Positions 18,944 to 30,123 of a stretch of DNA of 64,000 nt are shown piece after piece. Location of the stretch: contig OY759599.1 of assembly GCA_963662465.1 (NCBI GenBank), positions 4,768,001 to 4,832,000 of the forward strand, written 5' to 3'. Each line of letters starts with the position of its first letter. The stretch's first letter is position 1. Both the position numbers and the translations under genes were made by a program. The notes beneath the pieces are model-generated. The model worked only from the letters and a program-made list of their open reading frames with translations, did not search any database and had not been told where the DNA came from. Source of the stretch: Desulfatiglandales bacterium. GTDB taxonomy: Bacteria; Desulfobacterota; DSM-4660; Desulfatiglandales; Desulfatiglandaceae.

Positions 18944-20819
18944 CTTTTGTTAATCGATAAACAATAAATCCAAACTCATTTTGAGGGCCTGCGACCTTTT
19001 CAAATAGATATGGACACTCTTTCTCTGCTAATTCATATAAAATATCAGACCCTGAACCATAACCAAGTTGGTTTGCATAAAAGAGATAATCAGGTCGATA
19101 TTTTTTAATCTCATACAGAACACTTTTTATTGTATATTTTTGACTAGCTTCAGAAACAATTCCTTTAAAAAATGTTTCATGGTCAGTCATTGACGTATTT
19201 TGTGCAGGTAATACTATATTGTTTTCATTTAAAGTAATTCCAGTTAAATTTGACGTATAATTGGGTCTAACAATATTATTATGCCCAAAAAAAATACCAT
19301 AAATGCTACTACTAGGTATCCATAATATAATGTCGGGATTTTTATATAACGTCTTATATACAAATTCTGAATCTTTACCAAAGAATTTACTTATTGTGTT
19401 TTTACCTCCTACATATAAATCAATTCCATCTTCAATGCATTGTATAGAATTATTAATTTTGAATGCAGAATCGATCGAAACTATTAAGAAAATCGCAGAA
19501 ATGAAAAATATTTTTCTCTTTTTAAATAAACTTCCAATCCGACCCTTAATTCTATAGTCTTCTAAAAATGGTAAACTATAATTAGTTGCAGAAAGTAATA
19601 GGGCTGCTAAGGACACAACATGAATTCCAAGTCTTATACTATATGAACCAAATAAAAACCAAGCGAATAAAGAAGGTACTAATAACAAGAAAAAAATATC
19701 CCAATTTATTTTAGATCTATAAATGCTTATAAAGCTAGCTACTAACAGTATGAAAATCATAGGTTTTTGAATAAAAAAACGATTTATTGAGAATATTAAT
19801 TGTGGACTTAAATTCCTTCCATGTTGTGAAGCGCTGATTACACCATGATTATTATAAAATCCGCTTCCGTCTCCAAGTACCCATAATAAACCAGCTATGA
19901 AAAATATAACTGCAGCAGCAATCGTGATTGATGGTATTTTTTTTCGTGACACAAATACAATAGATGGAAATGTAATGATTATCCATATTAATGCAGGCTG
20001 TTTTGTATATGCCGCCACAATTCCACACACTACTGAAATCCAAAGCAGAGCGGTCTTTTTTGGATCATTTTTATATTCAAGAAATAAGAATACCGATACG
20101 GTCAAAGCTGCGGCCATCATTGTATCAGGTAATCCGCGGTCAAAATAATGATTAATTCCAGTACAAAAGACCAAAACAGGTGCTAAAATAAAATACCGAA
20201 TAGCATTTGTATAACTTGCTTCCTTAGGAGCAATACCAATAACAGTTAACAAACTGAAGGGAAAAATTACGAATAGTGCTTTTATAGGTAATTGAAGTTC
20301 TATACTTCCTAATATCTTGTAGCAATAGGCTATTAGGATTGAGAAGAGTTGTGGATAAGGTGATTGATTATAGTAAAAATCTATAATTTCCCCATTGAAA
20401 TGTTGCACGGCCCACATATTCCAACTATATATTTCATCATCAGTATTAAATGAACGACTACCAAGATTAAAAAAATAACTAATCAAAAGTAGTAAGTTAT
20501 ATACTATAATAAGTTGATGATGTTTTGGCCAGTCAAATTTTGATAAAGATAAATTATATTTAACTCTATATAAAGATATAATAATAAAGACGATGGAAAT
20601 AACTATAACAACAGTCTGTGAAAAAGCTCCTATTCTCACAAGAAATATTTTAATCAAAAAAATAATAAATATACTTATAAATGGAACTGCAAAAACCGTT
20701 CGGGTCGAAAGAATAATCCTGGGATAAATTGCTAAGGCCGGGCTAATATAAACGAATAGGAGGAGAATAATTAGGTAAAATAAATACATAAAATCGGCCC
20801 TTGATATCCTACACTCCAC
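18912..20819 (-). CDS. Polytopic membrane protein, probable GT-C glycosyltransferase, AT-rich (true start probably ATG 20789)
   Basis: Many TM segments, acidic loop TDDEIYSW, YPQL, TKQ motif; adjacent to GT2-GtrA. Confidence 0.6.
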   Translation of the reverse strand: MECRISRADFMYLFYLIILLLFVYISPALAIYPRIILSTRTVFAVPFISIFIIFLIKIFLVRIGAFSQTVVIVISIVFIIISLYRVKYNLSLSKFDWPKHHQLIIVYNLLLLISYFFNLGSRSFNTDDEIYSWNMWAVQHFNGEIIDFYYNQSPYPQLFSILIAYCYKILGSIELQLPIKALFVIFPFSLLTVIGIAPKEASYTNAIRYFILAPVLVFCTGINHYFDRGLPDTMMAAALTVSVFLFLEYKNDPKKTALLWISVVCGIVAAYTKQPALIWIIITFPSIVFVSRKKIPSITIAAAVIFFIAGLLWVLGDGSGFYNNHGVISASQHGRNLSPQLIFSINRFFIQKPMIFILLVASFISIYRSKINWDIFFLLLVPSLFAWFLFGSYSIRLGIHVVSLAALLLSATNYSLPFLEDYRIKGRIGSLFKKRKIFFISAIFLIVSIDSAFKINNSIQCIEDGIDLYVGGKNTISKFFGKDSEFVYKTLYKNPDIILWIPSSSIYGIFFGHNNIVRPNYTSNLTGITLNENNIVLPAQNTSMTDHETFFKGIVSEASQKYTIKSVLYEIKKYRPDYLFYANQLGYGSGSDILYELAEKECPYLFEKVAGPQNEFGFIVYRLTKDENLLSQCQP

Positions 20820-20862
20820 ACCTTTCGAGCGACATTTTTTGAAAAAAAATACATATCAAAAG

Positions 20863-21024
20863 GGGAGCATCCGGAGTTTCTGACAAAGTGATTTCTCAAA
20901 GGGAAAACACAACCCTATAAATTGAATATTCGCTGATTTTGCTTCTGAAAAATGGCCGTTCCTTGCAATCATAAAGATCATATGCCACTTCTTACGATAT
21001 CTGTCAGAAACAGCGTATGCTCCC
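20863..21024. mobile_element. 162-bp MITE-like remnant
   Basis: GGGAGCATCCGGAGTTTCTGACA vs reverse complement of TGTCAGAAACAGCGTATGCTCCC (20/23); no TSD seen. Confidence 0.55.
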
Positions 21025-21627
21025 GTTATTTATAGTTTATGGTTTTCATTTTTGCTAGGACAAAATCGAAGGACATAAAATAGAAAATATACTAGCCCTT
21101 AAATTTTGCCCTCTTATGGTAAAAAGGGATCGTTATCGTTTGATGGGTTTGATGGTTTGATTGGGAGGGGATGAAATTGATCATTCAGTCGCTATAAGGT
21201 TTCCACTTGCCTCAAAGTCAAGGTAAATGGTGGTAATACAAAACCCTTTTTTCAGAATGAGCTCGTATCCCAACATCGTCTTTGGTTATGGTACGTTGGA
21301 GATATTGCCGGTCTTATGTCATCCAAAAAACTGTCAATTCCATGCATCTCTCGACCCTCAGTTCGTCCCTTCCAATGATGATATCACAGTCCTTCCATGA
21401 TCTGACCTTTAACAGCAATCAGCAACCATTGTATTCCGGAGATTTCTTCGTATGCAAAATAATTTGGGTGGGAAGTCAATTCAAGGTTTATATCGGTAAT
21501 CCAACATCAGAGGGTTCTCCCAAATACCGGAAAACCTCGATTATCTTCACTGATTTTTCAAGTATAAAACTGTCATACAGAACAGGATTTTCGTACAGGC
21601 CTCATTCCTCCAGAACTGACATTCCTC

Positions 21628-21888
21628 TCAATTCAAACCAGCCTTGCGCAGGGCGCTGATAAAGCGTACCTTGTTTGCCCCCTGAAAAGTATAATAACCG
21701 TTCTTAGTGATATCCTTCAGGGTGATTTTGGGATTTATTTTAAGAACCTCTGCGGCCTGAATACGAGCATCCTCCTCACGACCTGCCATACTATAAGCTG
21801 CGGAAACCAATGTGCCATACACAAATTCAGGCCAGAGACTGATCACTTTTTTAAATGCTGCGATACCCTTGTCATTTTTGGCTGCCAT
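21628..21888 (-). pseudogene. C-terminal fragment of a TPR-containing (adenylate cyclase/TolB-like) protein
   Basis: AAYSMAGREEDARIQAAEVLKINPK...FISALRKAGL resembles the terminal TPR of such proteins; only 86 aa. Confidence 0.55.
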
Positions 21889-22876
21889 GTTCTCTACGCT
21901 GTAAGTCGCGCAAGGCGCGGTAGCCGATACGGATTACTCCCTGAGAATCCAGAATCTTCCGGATCTCTTCATCTGAAGTGAAAAGACGGTACTCTTTAGC
22001 TCGATCCTTCCACCACTGGCCCATTATATGCTTTGTCTCCTCACTGGGCTGGCTGGCGTGAATGTAAAGCTCAGTAACACCTGGTCTTAGATTGTGGAGC
22101 ACCCGCTTCCAGTACCCTGAGTCGGTTTCCCCCTCCTTTCGCCCCCCGTGAATAAGATGATCAGGGAAGAGAATTCCATCCACCTCAAGCTTGGTCCGCT
22201 GGTCGCCCCAGCCGTGGGCCTCTAGCCAATCTTGCGACGCCATTCGGACGGGAAGGTCGAAGGCCACGGCCAACCGGTGATAAACTTCGAAATATCTCGG
22301 ATCGAGTTGCAGAGTTCCCATATGCGAATCTAAATGCGTCACATCTATGCCGACGGTCAAAGCCTTTCCGATCTGTGCCCGTGCTTCAATCTCAACTTGT
22401 CTCGGTGAGGCGTGAGCGTAAACCTCCTCTATCTTCGACCATAGATACCCCTGACTATCGATCAAGCCGGGAACTAAATCCCTTTCGGCCGTAGTAGCCC
22501 AGCGGTATCCTTTCCATTCGCTCGTGTGCGTAAGATGGACCCCAAAATCTGCTCTCGGATGCGCCTTTGCATATATCGCAATCTCTGGGAACCAGGGGCA
22601 AGGAACCATTATCGAGGCGCTGGTCATCAGTCCGTTTTCAAAAGCGTCAATTGTTGCTGCGTTGGCCGCGTGACACATACCAGCATCATCGCCATTGATA
22701 ATCAACAGCCGGTCCGTCGCCTTATATCCTAGTCGCTCAGCAAGCGAAGGCTGCTTTCCAATCGCAAGGTTATTTTCCGGTCTCAGAATTACCATCGACA
22801 CCACACACAACACGACAGCAATCCATTGGATTATAACCACCCTTCTGTTGTTTAATCTTCTCTTTAAAATTCGCAT
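21872..22876 (-). CDS. YdjC/ChbG-family carbohydrate deacetylase with N-terminal TM/signal
   Basis: LIINGDDAG, SASIMVPCPW, GVHLT, THLDSHMG, GVTELYIH. Confidence 0.88.
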   Translation of the reverse strand: MRILKRRLNNRRVVIIQWIAVVLCVVSMVILRPENNLAIGKQPSLAERLGYKATDRLLIINGDDAGMCHAANAATIDAFENGLMTSASIMVPCPWFPEIAIYAKAHPRADFGVHLTHTSEWKGYRWATTAERDLVPGLIDSQGYLWSKIEEVYAHASPRQVEIEARAQIGKALTVGIDVTHLDSHMGTLQLDPRYFEVYHRLAVAFDLPVRMASQDWLEAHGWGDQRTKLEVDGILFPDHLIHGGRKEGETDSGYWKRVLHNLRPGVTELYIHASQPSEETKHIMGQWWKDRAKEYRLFTSDEEIRKILDSQGVIRIGYRALRDLQRREHGSQK

Positions 22877-23685
22877 AGTTCAAATGATCGATTGTAATAG
22901 TAGAACGAACAAGATTGTATGGGAAGCGAACGGAGTATCACAAAGAAATCATGCCGACGAAACGTTGCGATAGGCCTTATATATCAAATATCTAACCAAT
23001 AATCCTGAAATTTTTTTCTTACCCTCAAAGTCAACCATCTCTTGTCCGGATCTCGTCAGCTTACCATAATCAAAGAAATTGAATTTTTTAATCCCATTTT
23101 TCATTTTTTTAAAAGACACCTATCCAGTTTTGTCAAAATCACCATTTCTATCCTCTATCTGGCCTCAAAGCTTTAAAATTGGCATTATTATGCCTAAATA
23201 CGAATAATTGAAATATATCAGCTAATAGATATATTTTCCAAGAATACAATTAACGCCCTATCTCTCTAAATTTGTTCTGAGAATGTATGATTATCTGATC
23301 CGGCTATTAAGATCAGTTTTATTTAATCTTTTTATTGGTAACAAATTCAGGCTGAACGATTCTTATGCCAATTGAGTTGAAATGTTCTTTTCATGGTTCA
23401 TTACTAAAACGGTTGCTCAATCTGGGAGATAATTTTGGCATATTTTCAAAATCAATTAGGATTTGCTGATAAACCTACTCCAACATCGGATAATCGGTCA
23501 AGAACATAATAATCTCACACAAATAGAGCCAATAAAACAACACAAGCAAAAAGCCTCCGACAATCACTGTACCATACACCTTTGTCATATCAGGTCACAA
23601 GCAAACAACTTTTTCACATTTTCAACGTTTTTTTGTACTCCTTTTGATACGCATTGAAATTGAATAACGATCAAATATTACCGTT

Positions 23686-24792
23686 TCAGAGGGCTTTTGT
23701 AAATACAGAAAGAAGCCTGTCCACCACATCCGAAGTTTGAAATCGACCCGCTTCAATCAGCCCCAACGCTGAAAGGGTGCGTTGCCGATCCACGTCTGTC
23801 AAAAGACATGAAACCCTTTCCGCAAGGGAAAAAATATTCGAACATTGGAAATACTCCGCAGCGGACCTTGCGATGTACCTATGACCGGGAGTATCTGAAA
23901 GGACAGCGGGAAGGCCTGATGAAAGCGCTTCCAATGCCGGAAGGCCGAAACCTTCTTCGGGATGAGAAGGACCGATAAAAAGATCGGCCTGCTGATAAAT
24001 TCGAGACATCTGTTCTGTTGTAATATGGGCGAAATAATTATCAGCCATGAAAAGAGCCTCTTCTTCCGGGGACGGAGGATTTGGCGATACCCGGGTTAAA
24101 CGAAATGTCGCTCCGGATCTCCTGATTCTATCTAGTGCCAACAGTGCTTCTCGAATGCCTTTAACATCGGCTTCAAAAATACCCACCAGGAGAATGGTGG
24201 GCGCAGCTCGTCCGAGGCATCTTTTTTCGGGGGCTGAAAATTCTGAACGGTCAAAGGTTTGTCCGATGTAAGTAACAGGCGCGTAGCCCAGAGTTTGTAG
24301 ACGTTCGGCAATGTGTGGAGACACCGAAAGTTTGTGAGTAGGTTTGGCATAGGCGGCTTCAATTTTCCTTTTAATGGGACGGTAAAAGGAAAAATCCGCC
24401 TCATAACCCTGACAAAGGTGAAAAACAGCGCCTTTATAATTATGCACAGCAAAAGATACAGTACTCCAGAATGTAGCCACACGAATATCTGCTGTTTGAA
24501 GAGCCTTTGAAAATTGAAATGGAGACGCTTCCCAACGAGCTGCATGAAGGACACTCCAGTCCGGCTGAGGTTCGGGGCAAACCACTGACACGGAGTGCCC
24601 CCTTTTTGCCAGTTCTTCCGCCTGCTGGCAAATAACACGCAACCCTCCTGAAAGGGTGTTGGAAGCTGCAAGGTAAGCAATGTGCATCTTTTCCGGTGTA
24701 ACCATTTTTTCCCTTTTCGCGAAAGCGCATATCGTTTTCATAAGCAACCAGACCCGCACAAAAAAATCCCTTATTTTTTTGTTTGCATCCAA
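23686..24792 (-). CDS. GT4 glycosyltransferase (start may be further downstream)
   Basis: SGGLRV, ATFWST, EEGFGLPALEALSSGLPAVLSD. Confidence 0.88.
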   Translation of the reverse strand: MDANKKIRDFFVRVWLLMKTICAFAKREKMVTPEKMHIAYLAASNTLSGGLRVICQQAEELAKRGHSVSVVCPEPQPDWSVLHAARWEASPFQFSKALQTADIRVATFWSTVSFAVHNYKGAVFHLCQGYEADFSFYRPIKRKIEAAYAKPTHKLSVSPHIAERLQTLGYAPVTYIGQTFDRSEFSAPEKRCLGRAAPTILLVGIFEADVKGIREALLALDRIRRSGATFRLTRVSPNPPSPEEEALFMADNYFAHITTEQMSRIYQQADLFIGPSHPEEGFGLPALEALSSGLPAVLSDTPGHRYIARSAAEYFQCSNIFSLAERVSCLLTDVDRQRTLSALGLIEAGRFQTSDVVDRLLSVFTKAL

Positions 24793-26426
24793 TCCCCGGC
24801 CCTGGCCGATTTCGAAACAGCAAAGACCACAATGTCAACATCTTCATAAATGGGATTGCCAAAAAGTCTTTTAAAACTTTTTGCATTCCGGCCTTTTGAG
24901 GGATCGGCGGGCAGGACAATATTGACTTCATCCTGAAGATTTTTGTGGAAAACCAAAAAATCGACGCCCAGGACTCGAAAATCCTCGATAGACCCGACGG
25001 TTTTCAGTCTGATGCCCTGATCAGATTCGAACATGTGTTCTCCGGTTATCCCCATAATGACTCTTTGTCCATGTACTTCCTGATAGAGCAGGAGATGGCT
25101 TGCCTGCCAGGAAAAAGGCGCTTCAACGATAACCATGCTACCGTTTGATTGGAGGGCAAGACACTTGTAGAAATCTGGAACACGTTTAAGTATCCACTGG
25201 TATTTTTGGCCGGCAAGGGCATGGACCAACAGCATAAGACTCGTTCCGTTATTGGGCCGATAGCTCACCGCTAAAAGGGGCCCACCCCATAAAAAAGCGG
25301 CACAAACAGAGATCGGAATTACAACCCTGGCCCATTTTCCAGGCACACGGGGAAATTTTAATGAGGCCGCATGGGTCCCTTTTGAAACTACGAGCAACAA
25401 GCAGGGCAGCGCCGGCAGCAGATACCTCGCAAGGATGTGGGGGGAATCGATGCCGATCGGCTGAACCAGGAAAATCGTGGACATCTGCAACAGGGAGAGC
25501 GTCATAAAAAGAAGGGTAAAAACAAGTGAATCAACCAACATCCTGTTAATACCAAAAAGGGCCAAGAGGGCTATTAATACCACAATGGCCCCTTGGTCCA
25601 TGCCCGTAAGAATTCGAAATGCAACCGCAAGTTGAGGAAACCCAAAGGTTGCCTGGCCTGCTTTTGTTGAGATGGCGCCAAAATCACCGTAGATGGGTGG
25701 GGCCAACAGGATCAAAAGGGGAACAATGACGACAGTACCCAAACCAGCAAGCCGCAAAAGGGCATGGACCGCATTTTTGCGTTTTCCGGCAATAGTCAAA
25801 ACAAAGAAGAAAAGGAATGGACCCAGAACAAACGGTAAATCCACCAGAAGGGCATAGCCCGTTGCAATCGTCGATATGGCATACAATATTGCGTCTTGTT
25901 TTTTGTTTTGCTCCCACCATCTGAAGAAAAAGATACCCGAAAGGAAGGCAAAACATGTTGTCAGTGCGTAGGGTCTTGCGAAACGGCTATAGAAAATCAG
26001 GGTGGGCGACAGCGCCAAAAACCATGCAAAAATATTTGAGACGCTTCGTCCGACCATTGGACGAATCATTATGGGCAGGATTAATACGGTGAGGGTCCCT
26101 CCAATAAAAAATGGCGTTCTGATGCCTATTTCAGAAAGGCCCACAGTATCCATGAGGATCTTGTAGTAGAGGGTTATGGGAATCGAGCGATCCGCGGCTC
26201 CAAAACTGCATATAATTTCGAAGTACCCGGCGTTTGCGGCTGCATGAATAGCATGCCATTCATCTCCAAACAGAATTTGCTTCGGTAATTGGTACAGGCG
26301 CAATGATGCACCGAAAATAATGGCGCAGAAAAGCAGCGACTCTCGCTTTAATAAATCTGTAAACCGAGGGAACAGGCCATGAATATGCGGGGATTGCAGA
26401 GATGAAGGCATGTATGATTGAAGCAC
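24771..26426 (-). CDS. GT-C (ArnT/PMT-like, GT39/83) membrane glycosyltransferase
   Basis: LRLYQL...FGDEWH, LYYK, IRTP, YSRFARPY, RYLLP; multiple TM helices and periplasmic C-terminus. Confidence 0.75.
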   Translation of the reverse strand: MLQSYMPSSLQSPHIHGLFPRFTDLLKRESLLFCAIIFGASLRLYQLPKQILFGDEWHAIHAAANAGYFEIICSFGAADRSIPITLYYKILMDTVGLSEIGIRTPFFIGGTLTVLILPIMIRPMVGRSVSNIFAWFLALSPTLIFYSRFARPYALTTCFAFLSGIFFFRWWEQNKKQDAILYAISTIATGYALLVDLPFVLGPFLFFFVLTIAGKRKNAVHALLRLAGLGTVVIVPLLILLAPPIYGDFGAISTKAGQATFGFPQLAVAFRILTGMDQGAIVVLIALLALFGINRMLVDSLVFTLLFMTLSLLQMSTIFLVQPIGIDSPHILARYLLPALPCLLLVVSKGTHAASLKFPRVPGKWARVVIPISVCAAFLWGGPLLAVSYRPNNGTSLMLLVHALAGQKYQWILKRVPDFYKCLALQSNGSMVIVEAPFSWQASHLLLYQEVHGQRVIMGITGEHMFESDQGIRLKTVGSIEDFRVLGVDFLVFHKNLQDEVNIVLPADPSKGRNAKSFKRLFGNPIYEDVDIVVFAVSKSARAGDWMQTKK

Positions 26427-26498
26427 AAAGAGGCCTTAAACGCCGTATGACAAACGTACAGGCCTCTTACTTAACCACAGAGAGTAGCTTTTTTGGAC

Positions 26499-26535
26499 AT
26501 CAATCGCCCGCACTCTTTTGAATGGGGCGATTGAT
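26499..26535 (-). other. Stem-loop just downstream of the 355-aa gene (mRNA 3' stabiliser or weak terminator)
   Basis: ATCAATCGCCC...GGGCGATTGAT 11-bp stem; no adjacent U-tract. Confidence 0.5.
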
Positions 26536-26552
26536 TGACGATGACCTAAAAA

Positions 26553-27620
26553 TCAGGGAACGATAAAACTTTCAAGGATTGCATCCCAGTTGGCTGACGT
26601 GCCGGAGGATGGTTTTGCGTTGGTTATGGAAAAAGCGTATAGTTGTCGGCCTGATTCCGGATCCGGAATGTCGCGAATGGAAACCCATCCGTTGGTATCG
26701 CCTGCTACATTAATGATATTAACCACCTTGTCGAGCCGGATCATATCATCCACCACGGTGCTCCCCTCTTCGTCGAATTGCTTGTAAGTATAGGTAGAAT
26801 CACAGGCGTGTGTATCGCAATAAATCGAAGGTCCACCCACAAAGTTGGTATCCCAGGCAAAGAGAATAATTCGAGTGCTGGCGTTAAAAGAAGGACTCAG
26901 AAACACCCTGGAATCCACTTTTGCGATAACCGGATTGTCAGGGCAAGGGCCGGCGCCGCCGGAGGCTAAAATCCCAGCACACGCCCTGGCAGCGGCGTCA
27001 ATTGATTCCTGTTCATCGGCTGCGGAAGTCCCATAAAAATTGCTGAGGAACCCATCAACGCCGGGGCCCACCCAGTTTATGGGAATCATGTCAAGGCTGT
27101 TCGATGATCCCTGGGCCAACCGTACATAATAGATGAAGCCTTCGAGAGAGTTGTTGGTAGATCCCGTGGCAAAAGGGTAACCGCTTTCGGTCGGATTTTT
27201 AGTGGTTTCAGCTGTCACCACGTCAAGAGTCACGAACCCACGATAGAAATCACCATCCGTCAATGCGGTTTTCACCGCTGAAGTAGCGCCGTCAATCAGG
27301 GTCCTCATGGATACCGACCATGTTGCAGACCCGTTCAGATCCTCATCGTTGAAAAGGTCCACGGCATTGCCGTTGATATCCCACACGTGATAATGGATCA
27401 TCCGCTGTGATGCCATAACATTGGTTACGGCTAAGAGCGTGTCAATGGGGTCCTGTGCAGAATTGATACCCACTTCAAAAAAAGGGACAATCAACGTCGC
27501 CGCCGGCGTTTTATCGGGTGTACCCGGGATACCGGCAAAAGAAGATGGGGCGGCCGCAAAAGTTAGACCGGTTGCAAAAAATACCAAAAGAAAAATTGCC
27601 AAACAAGTTATCTTTTTCAT
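26553..27620 (-). CDS. Secreted protein of unknown function, paralog of 32060-33214
   Basis: Sec signal MKKITCLAIFLLVFFATGLTFA; RBS AGGAGG; shared blocks with the 384-aa protein. Confidence 0.85.
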   Translation of the reverse strand: MKKITCLAIFLLVFFATGLTFAAAPSSFAGIPGTPDKTPAATLIVPFFEVGINSAQDPIDTLLAVTNVMASQRMIHYHVWDINGNAVDLFNDEDLNGSATWSVSMRTLIDGATSAVKTALTDGDFYRGFVTLDVVTAETTKNPTESGYPFATGSTNNSLEGFIYYVRLAQGSSNSLDMIPINWVGPGVDGFLSNFYGTSAADEQESIDAAARACAGILASGGAGPCPDNPVIAKVDSRVFLSPSFNASTRIILFAWDTNFVGGPSIYCDTHACDSTYTYKQFDEEGSTVVDDMIRLDKVVNIINVAGDTNGWVSIRDIPDPESGRQLYAFSITNAKPSSGTSANWDAILESFIVP

Positions 27621-27889
27621 TTTTTTCCTCCCTTTCTACTGTAAATTGACGTTCGTTAAAAAAAACCAATTCAATTTATACAGCTAAGAAATTTCTAATG
27701 GAAAGTCAATAGAATTTTTTTCCGGCAATTAAAAGATCTTGGCCAAAAATCTGCTGCCGAAATGCGGTTTATCACTCACCCAACAGAAAATGCACGTTGA
27801 CAGGCGTCTCGCAGAGCTTTATATTTTTCGCGAAAGGTCGCTTTTTTAAAAAATTCAGAAGTTCTTTTGCTGATTGTGAGAATTCTATA

Positions 27890-29095
27890 ATGAACCCCCT
27901 GATAACCATTTTATGGCCTGCGTTACCAGCGCCCGCGATTGATGAGATTGCCTTCTCTTATGATTTCTGCAGGAAGATGAGTAAACGATTTTGCGAAGAC
28001 CTGTCTTTTGCAGTTTCATGGAAAAACTATACGCCTGAAACAGCCCTTTGCGAAACGCTTTCAAGCAATCGGAGTCAAATGCTCCTTGTTGTAACGGAAC
28101 CTGAACTTATCCTGCCGCCAAGCGCTATTGCCGCACTGGCTAAATGCATACAGGAAGGGCATATCGCATCAGGCCCGGTTTTCAACCAGACTCTTTTTGA
28201 CGGACAAGCAGCCGCCCTGCCTTCCCCATACCTCGACATTGCATCCCTCCTGGAAGTTGCGGAGTCGATTTTCCATCAGTTTGCCGGAAAATATATACCC
28301 GTCAGCACATTAGACCCGGCATGCATACTGTATCGCACGGAATTTCTTGCAACCTATCATTCCAAACAGCTTATATCGGAGCTTGCGGGGCTACTCCCAA
28401 CGATGCAAAGCAGCAAATCTCAGGCCATTGCGCCCGGCGCACTCGCCCATGCAGGCTTCCAACGAAGCTTTCAGTCAGAGCGAAGCGACCTGGCAAGCCT
28501 TGTTCCGGAGGGAATAAAAAGCGTCCTTGACGTGGGATGCGCCATGGGGGGGTACGCAAAAACGGTGAAAAAATTGCGCCCTGAACTGACCATCACCGGA
28601 ATAGAATTGAATCCACTTATGGCCGAAGAAGCACGCCCCTACTATAATGAAATAATCATTCAGCCTCTTGAAGAGGTTCGCTTAAACAAAAAGTTTGATC
28701 TGGTGAACTGCGGGGATATTTTGGAGCACCTTCAGGACCCATGGGTAATGTTGAAGCGCTTGCACGCCCTGCTTTATCCAGGCGGATACCTGGTCATGAG
28801 CGTTCCCAACGCGGGGCATTGGACCATTGTCAGAGGATTGTTGAAAGGAGAATTTGAGTATGTGCCTTTAGGACTTCTCTGCATCGGACACCTTCGTTGG
28901 TTTACGGAATCGAGCCTTCTTCAGATTCTGTCTGAGACTGGATTTATTCCTGATGAATTCCAGAGGCAACAACTGCCGCCGACCCAGAAAGGAGAAGCCT
29001 TTATCCACGACATGTGCACCGGGAGCTATGGAAATGAGCAATCCCTGCGAACCAATGAGTTTATCGTCCGTGCCCGCAAGATACCCATGTCATAA
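27890..29095 (+). CDS. SAM methyltransferase with degenerate GT2-like N-terminal region
   Basis: VLDVGCAMG, GIELN, FDLVNCGDILEHLQDPW, SVPN, HLRWFT; start at ATG 27890. Confidence 0.8.
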   Translation: MNPLITILWPALPAPAIDEIAFSYDFCRKMSKRFCEDLSFAVSWKNYTPETALCETLSSNRSQMLLVVTEPELILPPSAIAALAKCIQEGHIASGPVFNQTLFDGQAAALPSPYLDIASLLEVAESIFHQFAGKYIPVSTLDPACILYRTEFLATYHSKQLISELAGLLPTMQSSKSQAIAPGALAHAGFQRSFQSERSDLASLVPEGIKSVLDVGCAMGGYAKTVKKLRPELTITGIELNPLMAEEARPYYNEIIIQPLEEVRLNKKFDLVNCGDILEHLQDPWVMLKRLHALLYPGGYLVMSVPNAGHWTIVRGLLKGEFEYVPLGLLCIGHLRWFTESSLLQILSETGFIPDEFQRQQLPPTQKGEAFIHDMCTGSYGNEQSLRTNEFIVRARKIPMS

Positions 29096-29139
29096 TCCCA
29101 AAGGAGACCGCTGTTGAATCTGAAAAGCAAAAACAGATG

Positions 29140-30033
29140 TCACACTGAAGGCATCTCTATGGGTTGGGCTCTCCTTTTGTTTACCGTTCGCACAACGTAT
29201 TGGGAGCAATGCTCAGGCTTAATACTTTGTTTATCATTGGGACGCCAGTCGTCTGGATAGCCGTAGCGCTCGATATATGCGTCAAAAAACGGCTTGAAAA
29301 ATGAGACATCCTCCTCCAAAAACCAGTTTTTCCAGTTGTTATACGTCAGGGTGCGCGGAACATGGTCATGGACGGGGTCGACATGTGGTTCTCCAGTCAA
29401 CGGAAATCCCAGATACTCCTCCAGGCCCTCCAATTTTCCATCCACAAAATCCTCATATTTCACAGGACAATAATCATCCAGTCGGTTTTCAAATTCCACG
29501 AGCCAGCGATACTGAAACCCCAACCATTCTGTCACTTGCCGGAAGGAATGCAGATCACTTTCATCAACAATCCGTTCAAAAAGACGGCACAGAGAAATAC
29601 TTTTGGGATCGGCTTCCTTTTGCCGCAGAAGGTTTAGAATGCGCACCAGCCTCTCGTCATTGTTATAAATACTTGGTTCCTGTTGAATAATAAACAGGAT
29701 GCCGCTGACCATTAAATCCCTTGGGTCCCTGCTGAGATAAATCTTTTTTTCAAATGCGAGAAAATCACTGTACTTTACGTTTTCAGGACCCTCCCCGGCG
29801 CCCAGGATGGTTTTTGACAGAACCCAGGAACCCGCATCGCCATTTTCCCGCAGATACCGCCGGGGTTCAAACAAAGTTCGAACGGTGCCGGACAAGGAGT
29901 TCTTTATTTTATAAAAAAGCCCTGTAGTCCCAGATTTATATGGGCCAAAAATGACAACACGGCATGGCTTGACATCCTCTTGAAATTTTACCATTATTCT
30001 TTGCCTCAAACGGGAAAAAATATCAGTGCGCAC
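29140..30033 (-). CDS. Sulfotransferase-like P-loop protein
   Basis: GPYKSGTT (5'-PSB-like), LSRDPRD...S (3'-PB-like), VKYEDFV, WKNWF. Confidence 0.7.
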   Translation of the reverse strand: MRTDIFSRLRQRIMVKFQEDVKPCRVVIFGPYKSGTTGLFYKIKNSLSGTVRTLFEPRRYLRENGDAGSWVLSKTILGAGEGPENVKYSDFLAFEKKIYLSRDPRDLMVSGILFIIQQEPSIYNNDERLVRILNLLRQKEADPKSISLCRLFERIVDESDLHSFRQVTEWLGFQYRWLVEFENRLDDYCPVKYEDFVDGKLEGLEEYLGFPLTGEPHVDPVHDHVPRTLTYNNWKNWFLEEDVSFFKPFFDAYIERYGYPDDWRPNDKQSIKPEHCSQYVVRTVNKRRAQPIEMPSV

Positions 30034-30123
30034 AAACGCTTTGCACTTTCCGCTAAAAATAAGTGCTTAATGCCGGCAGCAGCCTTCAAAGAGATATATC
30101 AGGGATTTTTCTACCCGTGCCGG

